A stretch of DNA of 64,000 bases from Acidobacteriota bacterium (GTDB lineage Bacteria > Acidobacteriota > Vicinamibacteria > Vicinamibacterales > 2-12-FULL-66-21), in contig JANMWI010000082.1 in assembly GCA_031393955.1 (NCBI GenBank), positions 26,064 to 90,063 of the forward strand. Direction: 5' to 3'. The translations under genes and the position numbers were made by a program. Shown in pieces: positions 1 through 8,763 of the stretch (positions are counted from its first letter, which is position 1; each line of letters opens with the position of its first letter). The notes below the pieces were generated by a model, which saw only the letters and a list, made by a program, of their open reading frames with translations, searched no databases and was not told the origin of the DNA.

Positions 1-408
1 GAGCTCGGTGGCGGTGCGTGCCGGCCAGCCCGGCTCGTTGATGCCGGCGAAATCGACCCTGGCGAACTGGAGGATCCGGTCGCGATACGGTGCGCCGACC
101 GTCGTCGCGCGGTCGAAGTCGGCGCCGAACCCGCCGTCCATGTTGGCGATGACGCCGACGCCGCTCTCGTCCATGACCGTGATCAACTTCTCGTAGTCGG
201 CGGCGGTCTGCAGCGTCCGGCCGTGGAAATGAAAGTCGACCACCGGATATCTGGCTTTGGTGAGCGCGGTCCGCGGCAGCTTCATCAGCGCTTTCGGCAT
301 CGCCGGTACCTCCGGCGTCGGGTGGAACTCGGGGCGCTGCAGCTCGCGGCTCTCGACGCCCGCGAGCAGGCAGACAGTCATCACCAGCACCGGAAACCAG
401 CGGAACAT
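1..408 (-). CDS. amidohydrolase-family metal-dependent hydrolase, N-terminal part (gene runs off the left edge)
   Basis: Absent from the ORF track because it is truncated. Manual minus-strand translation from the ATG at 408-406 gives MFRWFPVLVMTVCLLAGVESRELQ...YPVVDFHFHGRTLQTAADYEKLITVMDESGVGVIANMDGGFG..., open to position 1. It has a signal-like hydrophobic N-terminus and a D-x-H-x-H metal motif. An AAGGAGAG Shine-Dalgarno sits 4 nt upstream. Confidence 0.6.
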   Translation of the reverse strand, partial: MFRWFPVLVMTVCLLAGVESRELQRPEFHPTPEVPAMPKALMKLPRTALTKARYPVVDFHFHGRTLQTAADYEKLITVMDESGVGVIANMDGGFGADFDRATTVGAPYRDRILQFARVDFAGINEPGWPARTATEL

Positions 409-664
409 GGGGCTCTCCTTCGAGTCAAAAGTTGTCGCCGCGGCGGCCGCCGGCCGCGATCGACCGCGACCGGCAGACTGAGGGTTCCGGCCGCGTACGT
501 CAAGGCCAAACCACCTGCCGCTGACGCCGGCCGCCGCGGCCGATGGCCGCGTGACGCACCGGGATTTCGTTGACAGCTGCCGGAGGCTGTGGTACCCGTG
601 TCGCACATCACGCGCCTGCTCGCAACGTCGGACTGCGTCGGATCGTTTCCAGAAGAGGTTCACC

Positions 665-3600
665 GTGAGTCAGCCCAATCTGTTCGGGCGGGGTCGTCGT
701 CTGCTGCGCGCCTGCCGGACCGCCGCCGTGGTCGCCGCCGTCGCCGGTCTGCTGCCCGCCGCCGCCGCCGCGCAGGCGCTCTACGGCAGCATTACCGGCA
801 CCGTCGCGGATGGCACCGGCGCCGCCGTTCCGGGCGCCTCGATCAGCATCCGCAACGAGGCAACCGGCCTCGAGCTGACGACCGTCACCGGTGGGGACGG
901 CACCTACACCATCCGGAACGTCACCGGCGGCACCTACACGCTGCGCGCCGCGCTGCAGGGGTTCAAGGAGTTCGTCCAGACCGGCATCCCGGTCACCGCC
1001 GGCGGCATCGTCCGCATCAACGGCCGGCTGGAGATTGGCGCGCTCAGCGAGTCGGTGACGGTCACCACCCAGGCCGCCGTGCTCAAGACCGACAAGGCCG
1101 ACGTCAGCGTCGACCTGAAGCCGCAGGACGTCACCAACCTGCCGCTGAACCAGTATCGCAACTATCAGTACCTGATGAACCTCGTGCCCGGCGCGACGCC
1201 GCCCGAGTTCCAGAACGCGCAGACCGACACGCCGGGGCGGGCGCTGTCGACTAACATCAACGGCACCAACCGCAACAACAACGTCACCCGCATCGACGGC
1301 GCCGCCAGCATCAACGTCTGGCTGCCGCATCACGCCGGCTACATCGCCCCGGTCGAGACGATCGAGAACGTCAACATCTCGACCAACAGCTTCGACGCGG
1401 CGCAGGGCATGACCGGCGGCGCGGCAACGACGGTGCAGACCAAGTCGGGGACCAACGCGCTCAAGGGCTCGGCGTTCTTCTTCCGCCAGCAGGACGAGTT
1501 CAACGCCCGCCGCGGCTACTTCGACCCCAGTAAGGTGGACGCCAGCACGACCATCATGGGCGGCACCGCCGGCGGACCGATCCGCCGCAACAAGCTGTTC
1601 TACTTCGGATCGTGGGAGCGCAACAGCGAGCGGCAGGGGAACTTCAGCACCTACACCGTGCCGACTGCGAAAATGCGGACCGGCGACTTCAGCGAAGTGC
1701 TCGCCCTGAACCCGGCGTTCCGAATCTACGATCCCGCCACCGGGACGGCGGACGGCCGCAACCGCGAGGTCTTTGCCGGCGCGGTCATCCCGGCCAGCCG
1801 GGTCAGTGAGATCGCGAAGAAGATCCAGTCGGTCTATCCCGCCCCGAACAATCCGGGTACCAACAACGGCCTGCAGAACAATCTGTTCATCCCGCGCCAG
1901 CCGAAGGCGGACCGCGACAACTACGACGCCAAGGTCAACTGGAACCGGACGCCGCGGCACCAGATCTGGGGCAAGTTCTCGATGATGCAGGCGTCGGTGT
2001 TCGACCTCTTCTACCTCGGTCTCGACGGCGCCGGCGGCGGGGACACGCGGACGACGATCTATACGGGCGGTCAGACCTGGACGCTCAGCCCGACGCTGCT
2101 GTTCGACGCCAACGTCGGCGCCAACATCATGAAGCAGAACATGCAGGGGCCGGATTTCCGGACCAATTACGGTCTCGACCGCTGGGGCATTCCCGGGCTG
2201 AACAGCGCCGGCGTCACCGGCCCCGGTTCGTTCGATCTCGATCGCTACAGCGGCATGCCGAACATCCAGACCGGCCTGTCCCAGGTCGGCAACTCCGATA
2301 CCTGGACGCCGGTGTGGCGCGACGAGCGCAGCTACACCCTGTCGACCAACCTGACCAAGGTCGAGGGCCATCACGAGCTGCGCACCGGCTTCGACTTCAT
2401 CCGGCTGCGGCTCAATCACTGGCAGCCCGAGGTCAGCAATCCGCGCGGCGTCCTGACGTTTGGCAGCGGTCTGACCGGCACGCCGGGCTATTCGGGCGTC
2501 GGCGGCTGGAACAACTACGCCGGCTTCCTGCTCGGCGACTTCAGCACCTACGCGAAGAGCGTGCAGTTCGAGGAGCTCAGCGGCCGCGAGAACCAGTACG
2601 GCGTCTACGTCGCCGATCGCTGGCAGGCGACGCCGAACCTGACCCTCAACCTCGGGCTGCGCTACGAGTACTACCCGATCATGAGCCGGCAGAATCGCGG
2701 CATCGAGCTGCTCGACTTCAACACCTTCAACGTCAAGCTCGGCGGCGTCGGCGGCAACCCGACCGACCTCGGCCTCGAGCCGAGCAAGACCCTGTTCGCG
2801 CCGCGCTTCGGCGCCGCCTACCGGCTGAACGACAGGACGGTGTTCCGCGCCGGCTACGGCAAGACCTTCGACCCGTTCCCGTGGTCGCGGCCGATGCGCG
2901 GCCGCTTCCCGCTGACGATCGCCTACAGCGACGCGGCGGCGAACAGCTTCTTCCCGTACGGCAGCATGGCGGCCGGCATCCCGGCGGCGCCGAATCCGAA
3001 CCTGCAGAGCGGCACCGTCCTGCTGCCGCGCGGCGTCGACATGACCTCGCCGGATCCCGCGCACGTCGAGCGCGGCGCGACCCAGTCGTGGAACGTCTTC
3101 GTCGAGCGGCGGCTGCCGCTCGACATCGCGACCAGCGTCGGCTACGTCGGCACCCGCACCGACGGCACCTACACGGTCAGGAATCTGAACTACGCCGAAT
3201 CCGGCGGCAACGCCAATCGCATGCTCTTCTCGCGCGCCGGCAACGCCACCATCAACCGGCTCGCCGGCACGTCGAAGGCCCGCTATCACTCGCTGCAGGT
3301 CGCCATCAACCGTCCCTTCAAGGACGGCCTGCTGCTGAAAGGCGCCTATACGCTGAGCCGCGCCAAAAACGATACCGACGACGACGGCGGGGCTTATCTG
3401 TGGGCGCAGGAATCGCAGTTCGGCCGGAACTACGCGCGGGCCGGTTACGACCGTCCGCACACACTGCAGATGGGCTTCGTCTACGAGCTGCCCTTCGCGC
3501 GGGAGAGCCGCTCGCCGCTGGCGATGGCCGTCAAGGGCTGGCAGGTCAACGGCATCGCCTCGTGGCTGGCGGGCCGGCCGTTCTCAATCGCCGGCGACAA

Positions 3601-3973
3601 CGGCCTGCTCCAGCAGGTCGCCGGCTTCCAGTCGATCAACGTCACCGGCAATCCGGAGCCTGGCTTCAGCGAGGCCGGACCGAATGCTCCGTGGTACGAC
3701 CCGGCGGCGTTCTCGCAGCCCGGCAACGCGTGGGGCAACACCGGCCGCAACCAGTTCCGCGGCCCGTCCAACTGGAACGTCGACATGTCACTGTTCCGGA
3801 CCATTCCATTCGGCCGCTACCGGATGGAGCTGCGCGCCGAGTCGCAGAACGTCTTCAATCACGCGCAGTGGGGCAATCCGATCACGAGCTTCACCGACCC
3901 CAACTTCATGCGCATCCGGACCCTGGCGCGGGCGCCCCGGACGGTTCAGCTCGGCGCCCGCCTCGCGTTCTAG
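665..3973 (+). CDS. TonB-dependent outer-membrane receptor with N-terminal carboxypeptidase-regulatory-like domain
   Basis: ORF 551..3973. I moved the start to GTG 665, which has an AGAAGAGG SD 6 nt upstream and yields the signal peptide MSQPNLFGRGRRLLRACRTAAVVAAVAGLLPAAAAAQA. The CarboxypepD_reg-like segment reads LYGSITGTVADGTGAAVPGASISIRNEATGLE...GTYTLRAALQGFKEF. A long barrel body follows, and the C-terminus ...RTVQLGARLAF ends in Phe. Confidence 0.85.
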   Translation: MSQPNLFGRGRRLLRACRTAAVVAAVAGLLPAAAAAQALYGSITGTVADGTGAAVPGASISIRNEATGLELTTVTGGDGTYTIRNVTGGTYTLRAALQGFKEFVQTGIPVTAGGIVRINGRLEIGALSESVTVTTQAAVLKTDKADVSVDLKPQDVTNLPLNQYRNYQYLMNLVPGATPPEFQNAQTDTPGRALSTNINGTNRNNNVTRIDGAASINVWLPHHAGYIAPVETIENVNISTNSFDAAQGMTGGAATTVQTKSGTNALKGSAFFFRQQDEFNARRGYFDPSKVDASTTIMGGTAGGPIRRNKLFYFGSWERNSERQGNFSTYTVPTAKMRTGDFSEVLALNPAFRIYDPATGTADGRNREVFAGAVIPASRVSEIAKKIQSVYPAPNNPGTNNGLQNNLFIPRQPKADRDNYDAKVNWNRTPRHQIWGKFSMMQASVFDLFYLGLDGAGGGDTRTTIYTGGQTWTLSPTLLFDANVGANIMKQNMQGPDFRTNYGLDRWGIPGLNSAGVTGPGSFDLDRYSGMPNIQTGLSQVGNSDTWTPVWRDERSYTLSTNLTKVEGHHELRTGFDFIRLRLNHWQPEVSNPRGVLTFGSGLTGTPGYSGVGGWNNYAGFLLGDFSTYAKSVQFEELSGRENQYGVYVADRWQATPNLTLNLGLRYEYYPIMSRQNRGIELLDFNTFNVKLGGVGGNPTDLGLEPSKTLFAPRFGAAYRLNDRTVFRAGYGKTFDPFPWSRPMRGRFPLTIAYSDAAANSFFPYGSMAAGIPAAPNPNLQSGTVLLPRGVDMTSPDPAHVERGATQSWNVFVERRLPLDIATSVGYVGTRTDGTYTVRNLNYAESGGNANRMLFSRAGNATINRLAGTSKARYHSLQVAINRPFKDGLLLKGAYTLSRAKNDTDDDGGAYLWAQESQFGRNYARAGYDRPHTLQMGFVYELPFARESRSPLAMAVKGWQVNGIASWLAGRPFSIAGDNGLLQQVAGFQSINVTGNPEPGFSEAGPNAPWYDPAAFSQPGNAWGNTGRNQFRGPSNWNVDMSLFRTIPFGRYRMELRAESQNVFNHAQWGNPITSFTDPNFMRIRTLARAPRTVQLGARLAF

Positions 3974-3985
3974 CCGGTCGTTCGC

Positions 3986-4015
3986 GGGGAGGTGGGCCCT
4001 CGGGTCCGCCTCCCC
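3986..4015 (+). terminator. GC-rich hairpin just after the TonB-receptor stop (possible terminator, no U-tract)
   Basis: The sequence is ggggaggtgggccctcgggtccgcctcccc. GGGGAGGTGGGC pairs with GTCCGCCTCCCC (12 bp including two G-U pairs) around a 6-nt loop, starting 13 nt after the stop codon. No T-run follows, so function is uncertain. Confidence 0.35.
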
Positions 4016-4194
4016 GGGCGACGGCCGCCGCGCCCCACCTGCATTAGTTGGTCCACAAAGCATTCCGATTAGTGGGTGATCCGACCGCCGAGTGGGTAAA
4101 AAACCGTGTCCGCGGCCGGCCCCCGTCGCTGTGGCGGCCCCTGCCAGCGGGGCGTGAGGTCGACAAGTTCCTCCTTTTTGGGCCAAGGGGGTGA

Positions 4195-4452
4195 TTCCAG
4201 CGGCGGCTGAGCGCCGCCGGCGACAGCGCCGACACCTCGGGCGGCGCCGGCACGGCGCCGCTGTGGCTCCGGCTGGTGCGGAGCGGCTCAACCTTCAGTG
4301 CCAACGTGCCGGACAGCGGCGAGCCCTGGCGGCTGGTCGCGGCCGATTCGAGCGCGAAGGCGCCGTCCATCCTGGTCGGCCTCGCGGTCAGTTCGCACCG
4401 CGACGGGACGCTGGCCAGCGCGACATTCGACCAGGTCGCGATCATCGACTGA
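4195..4452 (+). pseudogene. relic of the C-terminal concanavalin/LamG-like (DUF1349-type) domain of a larger protein
   Basis: This frame is open only from the TGA at 4192 to the TGA at 4450-4452 and has no ATG. It translates to ...TAPLWLRLVRSGSTFSANVPDSGEPWRLVAADSSAKAPSILVGLAVSSHRDGTLASATFDQVAIID*. That matches the recurrent C-terminal pattern WL+L.R.G.TF.....DG..W.......VGLAV.SH.....A.FD.V. No upstream continuation exists. Confidence 0.4.
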
Positions 4453-4556
4453 CGGCTTCGGCTGGTCCTTGTATTCCCTGGCGAATGTGTTGATCATCGG
4501 GGTACACCGCGCCCCGTCAGCCGGGTGGTCCCGGCCCCGCCGTCACGTCAGGAGGC

Positions 4557-5396
4557 ATGATGCCCGAGGCTTCGGATTACGAGCTGCTGAAGACGCCGGA
4601 GGAACCGCCGCCGGCACGGTCGCGCTCCGCGTTCGCCTGGCTCCTGGCGGCGCTGTTCATCATCGCCGCCGCCGTTGCCGCGTATGTCGTATTTGGACGG
4701 CGAACGCCGGCGCCGTCGGCGGTGACGGTCCGCCACACCGACGTCGCCGCGAAGACCGCGGCGCAGCCGCTCGGCAGCGCCCCGGGCTCGCTGGCGCTTC
4801 CGCCGCTCGGGGAGAGCGACGCCCTGATCCGCGATCTGATGAAGCAGATCTCGTCGCATCCGCAGGTGGTCGCGTGGCTCGCGACCGAGGGACTGATACG
4901 CCGCTTCACCATCGACGTCGCCAACGTCGCGGAAGGGCGCACGCCGGCGCGCCAGCTGCCGATGCTGCGGCCCGCGTCGGGCTTCCGGGTCATCGGCGGC
5001 GCCGAGCCGACCCTCGATCCACGCAGCTTCGCCCGCTACGACAGCATCGCGGCGGCGGCCTCGTCCCTGGATCCGCCCGGCATCGCGCGGCTCTACGGCA
5101 CGCTCAAGCCGAGAATCGAAGAAGCGGCGCGCGAGCTTGGCACTGCGCCGTTCGACCAGACGCTCGAGCGCGCCATCGTCCAGCTCCTCCGCACGCCCGT
5201 GGTTGAGGATCCAGTACGCCTGAAAGCAAAGGGCATCGGCTACGCGTTTGCCGACCCGACCCTCGAACACCTCACGCCGGCGCAGAAGCAGCTGCTGCGG
5301 ACGGGCGCCAGGAATCAGCGTCTGCTGCAATCGTCGCTGCGCGCGATCGCCCTCGAACTGGGGATTCCGGCAGAGCGCCTGCCGCCGCCGCAGTAG
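4557..5396 (+). CDS. DUF3014-like membrane-anchored protein
   Basis: ORF 4557..5396 with an AGGAGG SD at 4549-4554. It has an N-terminal TM segment (FAWLLAALFIIAAAVAAYVVF). The body LPPLGESDALIRDLMKQISSHPQVVAWLATEGLIRRFTIDVANVAEGRTPARQLP resembles DUF3014 as I recall it. Confidence 0.65.
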   Translation: MMPEASDYELLKTPEEPPPARSRSAFAWLLAALFIIAAAVAAYVVFGRRTPAPSAVTVRHTDVAAKTAAQPLGSAPGSLALPPLGESDALIRDLMKQISSHPQVVAWLATEGLIRRFTIDVANVAEGRTPARQLPMLRPASGFRVIGGAEPTLDPRSFARYDSIAAAASSLDPPGIARLYGTLKPRIEEAARELGTAPFDQTLERAIVQLLRTPVVEDPVRLKAKGIGYAFADPTLEHLTPAQKQLLRTGARNQRLLQSSLRAIALELGIPAERLPPPQ

Positions 5397-5688
5397 CCGC
5401 GGCTCCTCGCCGCGCCAGTCGAAGTGAATTCGCCGTTGCCCGACCAGGGCGTTGGCGCTGCCGGCGACCGCTTCGAGCCTGAATCACCGACCGCACCTCT
5501 CCTCGGGGCGCTCGAAGCGCTGCAGCAGCGACGACGGCCGCAGCGTCTTGAAGAACTGTTTTTCGAACGCCCTCTGATCGATGCCTTCCTGGCGCGCCAC
5601 TGCCGCGAGAGGCGGATGGCGAACAGGCACCGGTCGCCTATAGTGGAGGCTCCGGGGACGAGAGTCAGACCTCGAGAGGAGCAATGGC

Positions 5689-6234
5689 GTGACGATGAAG
5701 CGGCTGGTGATGATGGTAGTGGTCGGTGGCGCGTTGTTGATCGCCGCACCGGTGCGGGCGCAGGTCAGCGGCCTCAGCGCTCCGCCGATCAAGGCAAAGG
5801 TGGATCAACTGGCCTGGGTGGCGGGCGCCTGGACCGGGACGCTGGGTGCCCGGACGATCGAGCAGCACTGGAGCGCGCCGCTTGGCGGTTCGATCATCGC
5901 GATGTACCGCAGCCTCCTGGCCGATCGCGCGACGCTTTACGAGTTGCTCGCGATCGAGCAGGAGGGAGACGGCGTGGTGCTGCGCATCAAGCACTTCGCT
6001 CCCGGCCCCGGCCTCGTCGGGCAGGAAGCGAAGGACGAGTCGATGAACCACTCGCTCGTCAGCCTCGACGGCCGGACGGCGGTGTTCGCAGCGGCCGCCG
6101 CCAGCGGACCGGTGCGGGTCACGTTTCGCAGCCCGGATGCCGCGGCGCTGAACATCACCGTCGTCCGGCAACGCGACGGCGCACCGGTCACGACCGAGTT
6201 CAAGTATCACCGAATGGCGCCGCAGGCGCCCTGA
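5689..6234 (+). CDS. DUF6265-like (lipocalin-like) secreted protein
   Basis: ORF 5689..6234 with a GAGAGGAG SD upstream. Signal peptide is MKRLVMMVVVGGALLIAAPVRAQ. The motif LAWVAGAWTGTLGARTIEQHWSAPLGGSIIAMYR fits the DUF6265 pattern. Confidence 0.55.
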   Translation: MTMKRLVMMVVVGGALLIAAPVRAQVSGLSAPPIKAKVDQLAWVAGAWTGTLGARTIEQHWSAPLGGSIIAMYRSLLADRATLYELLAIEQEGDGVVLRIKHFAPGPGLVGQEAKDESMNHSLVSLDGRTAVFAAAAASGPVRVTFRSPDAAALNITVVRQRDGAPVTTEFKYHRMAPQAP

Positions 6235-6265
6235 CGTTCACCGCGCGCGCTTGTGTCCAGACACC

Positions 6266-6294
6266 TTGACCAGCTCTGCAATACGGGCTAGGCT
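6266..6294 (+). promoter_or_regulatory. candidate sigma70-type promoter for the cysteine-synthase-family gene
   Basis: TTGACC (6266-6271), a 17-nt spacer, then TAGGCT (6289-6294). This lies about 35 nt upstream of ATG 6329, and a GGGAGG SD precedes the ATG. Confidence 0.3.
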
Positions 6295-6328
6295 CCCGCG
6301 CGGCAACTTTTGACCTCCGGGAGGATAG

Positions 6329-7276
6329 ATGCGACTGGATCGCCAGGACGTGCTGGCCGGTATCGGCAATACCCCGCTCATCGAGCTTCAGCGAATCGTC
6401 CCGGCCGGATCGGCCCGGCTGATGATGAAGCTCGAGTGGGCCAACCCCACTGGCAGCATGAAGGATCGCATGGCGCGGGCCGCGATCGAGGCCGCCGAAC
6501 GCGGCGGCCGGCTGTCGCCCGGTGACACCGTCGTCGAGTACACCGCGGGCACGACCGGCATCTCGCTGGCGTTCGTCTGCGCCGCCAAGGGCTACGGTCT
6601 CGAGATCGTGTTCTCGGACGCGTTCAGCGATGAGAAGCGCCGGACCATGCTGGCGTTCGGCGCTCGCATCACCGACGTGAAGAGCGACAACCGGAAGATT
6701 ACGAAGGACCTCATCCAGGGGTTGATCCGGACCGCGGCGGCGATCAGCGAACGGCCGCGGCACTGGTACTGCGACCAGCTCCGCAACCATGATGCCGTCG
6801 CCGGCTACCTGCCGCTCGGCGAAGAGATCTGGACGCAGACCGACGGCCGGGTCGACGCTTTCGTTCATGCGGTCAGCACGGCGCACTCCATTCATGGGAC
6901 GACGCAGGCGCTGTGGGCCCACAAGCGGGACGTGGAGATTGTCGCCGTCGAGCCGGCCGAGTCCGCGGTGCTGTCGGGGCAGCCGTCGGGGTCTCACAAG
7001 ATCGAAGGAATCGGCATCGGCTTCGTGCCGCCGCTGTGGCATCCCGAGCTCGTCAACCGGATCGAGACGGTCAGCACCGAGGAGGCGAAGGCGATGGCGC
7101 GGCGGCTCGCGCGCGAGGAGGGCGTGTTCGCGGGCGCGTCCACCGGCGCCAACGTCGTGGCGGCGCTGCGGGTGGCCGAGCGCCTCGGCTCCGGCGCCAC
7201 CGTCGTGACGATCGCGTGCGACTCGGGGCTGCGCTATCTGAGCACCGATGTCTTCCAGCCGCCGGCAAGCAGCTGA
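6329..7276 (+). CDS. cysteine synthase family protein (PLP-dependent, CysK/CysM-like)
   Basis: ORF 6329..7276. It carries GNTPLIEL, the PLP-lysine motif NPTGSMKDR, the loop YTAGTTGISLA and SHKIEGIG. Confidence 0.85.
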   Translation: MRLDRQDVLAGIGNTPLIELQRIVPAGSARLMMKLEWANPTGSMKDRMARAAIEAAERGGRLSPGDTVVEYTAGTTGISLAFVCAAKGYGLEIVFSDAFSDEKRRTMLAFGARITDVKSDNRKITKDLIQGLIRTAAAISERPRHWYCDQLRNHDAVAGYLPLGEEIWTQTDGRVDAFVHAVSTAHSIHGTTQALWAHKRDVEIVAVEPAESAVLSGQPSGSHKIEGIGIGFVPPLWHPELVNRIETVSTEEAKAMARRLAREEGVFAGASTGANVVAALRVAERLGSGATVVTIACDSGLRYLSTDVFQPPASS

Positions 7277-7514
7277 CGGCCTTGTCGGCCGCGGAGTTCT
7301 ACCACGCCGGCATCGCGTACTCCCGCCCGCGCGGCAACACCGAGCCGGATCACGATCCGTCGGGCAGCATGCTGGCAGCGCTGCCGCCGCCGCTGCTGAG
7401 CCTCCACTAAGGCGCCGCTGATTCCGACCGGGCCGTCGGCGCCATGGGACGGCTTCGAGACACTGGGTGTGCGCGGCCGGTATCCGCGGAGACGACGAGG
7501 AACAGCGCCGCCGA

Positions 7515-8291
7515 ATGTCGCTCAGCAGCCTTCCGGACGCCGAATGCCCGAAGTGCGCCGCGCCGCGCCCCGCGGCTGCACTGGAGTGCGCCCGCTGCGG
7601 GGTGATCTTCGCCAAGTTTGTGGCGCGCGCCGCCCCGCCCGCGGCGCTGCCGCCAGACGGCGAGCTTGCGGATCCCCAGGCGGCGGGACGGCCATCGGCT
7701 GCGCCTCTTGAACCGCTGGCGTCCGCCGATCCCCTCGAGCGCGCCGGCCGGATCGGCAAGGCGCTGCTGGTCGGCGGCCTTGCGATCTGGACCTGGCAGT
7801 TCGCGCGTCTGCCGATCGGTGCCGGCGTCATGGATTCGGTGCTGCACCTGCCGGACCTGGTGTTTCACGAGGCCGGGCACATTCTGTTCTCGCCCTTCGG
7901 CCGGTTCATAACCGTCCTCGGCGGCAGTCTCTTTCAGGTGCTGGTGCCGGTGACTCTCGCGGCGGCGTTCCTGAAACAGCACGACGCCTTCGGCGCAGCG
8001 GTCTGCACCTGGTGGGCGGGCGAGAACCTGCTCGACCTCGCTCCATACATCGCCGACGCGCGCGCCCTGCAGCTGGTGCTGCTCGGCGGCCACACCGGTG
8101 CGGAGGTCGAAGGACACGACTGGGAATACCTGCTGACGACGCTCGGCTGGATGCGGCACGACCGGGCGCTTGGTGTCGCGGCTCACGACGTCGGGCTGGC
8201 GGTCATGGTCGCGGCGCTTGGCTGGGGCGCCTACAGCATCATGCGCGACCGTCCTGCCGCAGGCGCCTCGTCACCGCCGCTGATGTCGTGA
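7515..8291 (+). CDS. membrane protein with N-terminal zinc-ribbon and HExxH (HEAGH) motif, putative metalloprotease-like
   Basis: ORF 7467..8291. I prefer the start at ATG 7515 (MSLSSLPDAECPKCAAPRPAAALECARCGVIF is a CxxC...CxxC ribbon). TM segments follow, with LPDLVFHEAGHILFSPFG. Confidence 0.55.
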   Translation: MSLSSLPDAECPKCAAPRPAAALECARCGVIFAKFVARAAPPAALPPDGELADPQAAGRPSAAPLEPLASADPLERAGRIGKALLVGGLAIWTWQFARLPIGAGVMDSVLHLPDLVFHEAGHILFSPFGRFITVLGGSLFQVLVPVTLAAAFLKQHDAFGAAVCTWWAGENLLDLAPYIADARALQLVLLGGHTGAEVEGHDWEYLLTTLGWMRHDRALGVAAHDVGLAVMVAALGWGAYSIMRDRPAAGASSPPLMS

Positions 8292-8331
8292 CCGGCCCAC
8301 CGCGCCGCCGACCGGCCGCGGACCGCTGCCG

Positions 8332-8763
8332 TCAGTGAACGGTCAGCACCGCACAGGGCGCTCTCCGCACCACCCGCTCGGCGACGCTGCCGAGCAGGGC
8401 GTGTTCGAGGCCGCCGCGGCCGTGCGTCCCCATCACGATCAGGTCGATCCCGTGGTCGACGGCATACTCGACAATCTGCGCGTGAGGCGCGCCGACCGGC
8501 GTGCCGATGACGACGCTGTCGCGCTCTTCGGCCGGGAGGGCGCGCCGCAGCGCTTGCCGTGCCTCCTCCTGCCAGGCCGGGATCAAATCGCCGAGCGGCA
8601 GAGAATACGCCTCGGCGGTCCACGGCTGGGCCGACGGGTTGATCACCACGTGGACGGCATGCAGCGCCGCGTCCAGCTTTCGCGCCAGTTCCCGCGCGCA
8701 GGCCAACGCGCGCTGCGAGGGCTCGCTGAAATCGTGTGCGACGAGGATGGTCTTGAATCGCAT
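8332..8763 (-). CDS. universal stress protein (UspA family)
   Basis: ORF 8332..8817, trimmed to [16 protein letters not shown]. The C-terminal USP signature is [36 protein letters not shown]. Confidence 0.85.
   Translation of the reverse strand: MRFKTILVAHDFSEPSQRALACARELARKLDAALHAVHVVINPSAQPWTAEAYSLPLGDLIPAWQEEARQALRRALPAEERDSVVIGTPVGAPHAQIVEYAVDHGIDLIVMGTHGRGGLEHALLGSVAERVVRRAPCAVLTVH

Noticed and set aside
608-3460. A 950-aa minus-strand ORF antisense to the TonB-receptor gene. Similar long antisense or alternative-frame ORFs include 6200..7831, 24697..26481, 31469..33976, 43125..44198, 54282..56975 and 57134..58630.
   Set aside because: The translations are Arg/Ala/Gly/Pro-rich with no motifs. 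They overlap ORFs that have clear family signatures. This is the expected stop-codon-poor artefact of a ~70% GC genome.
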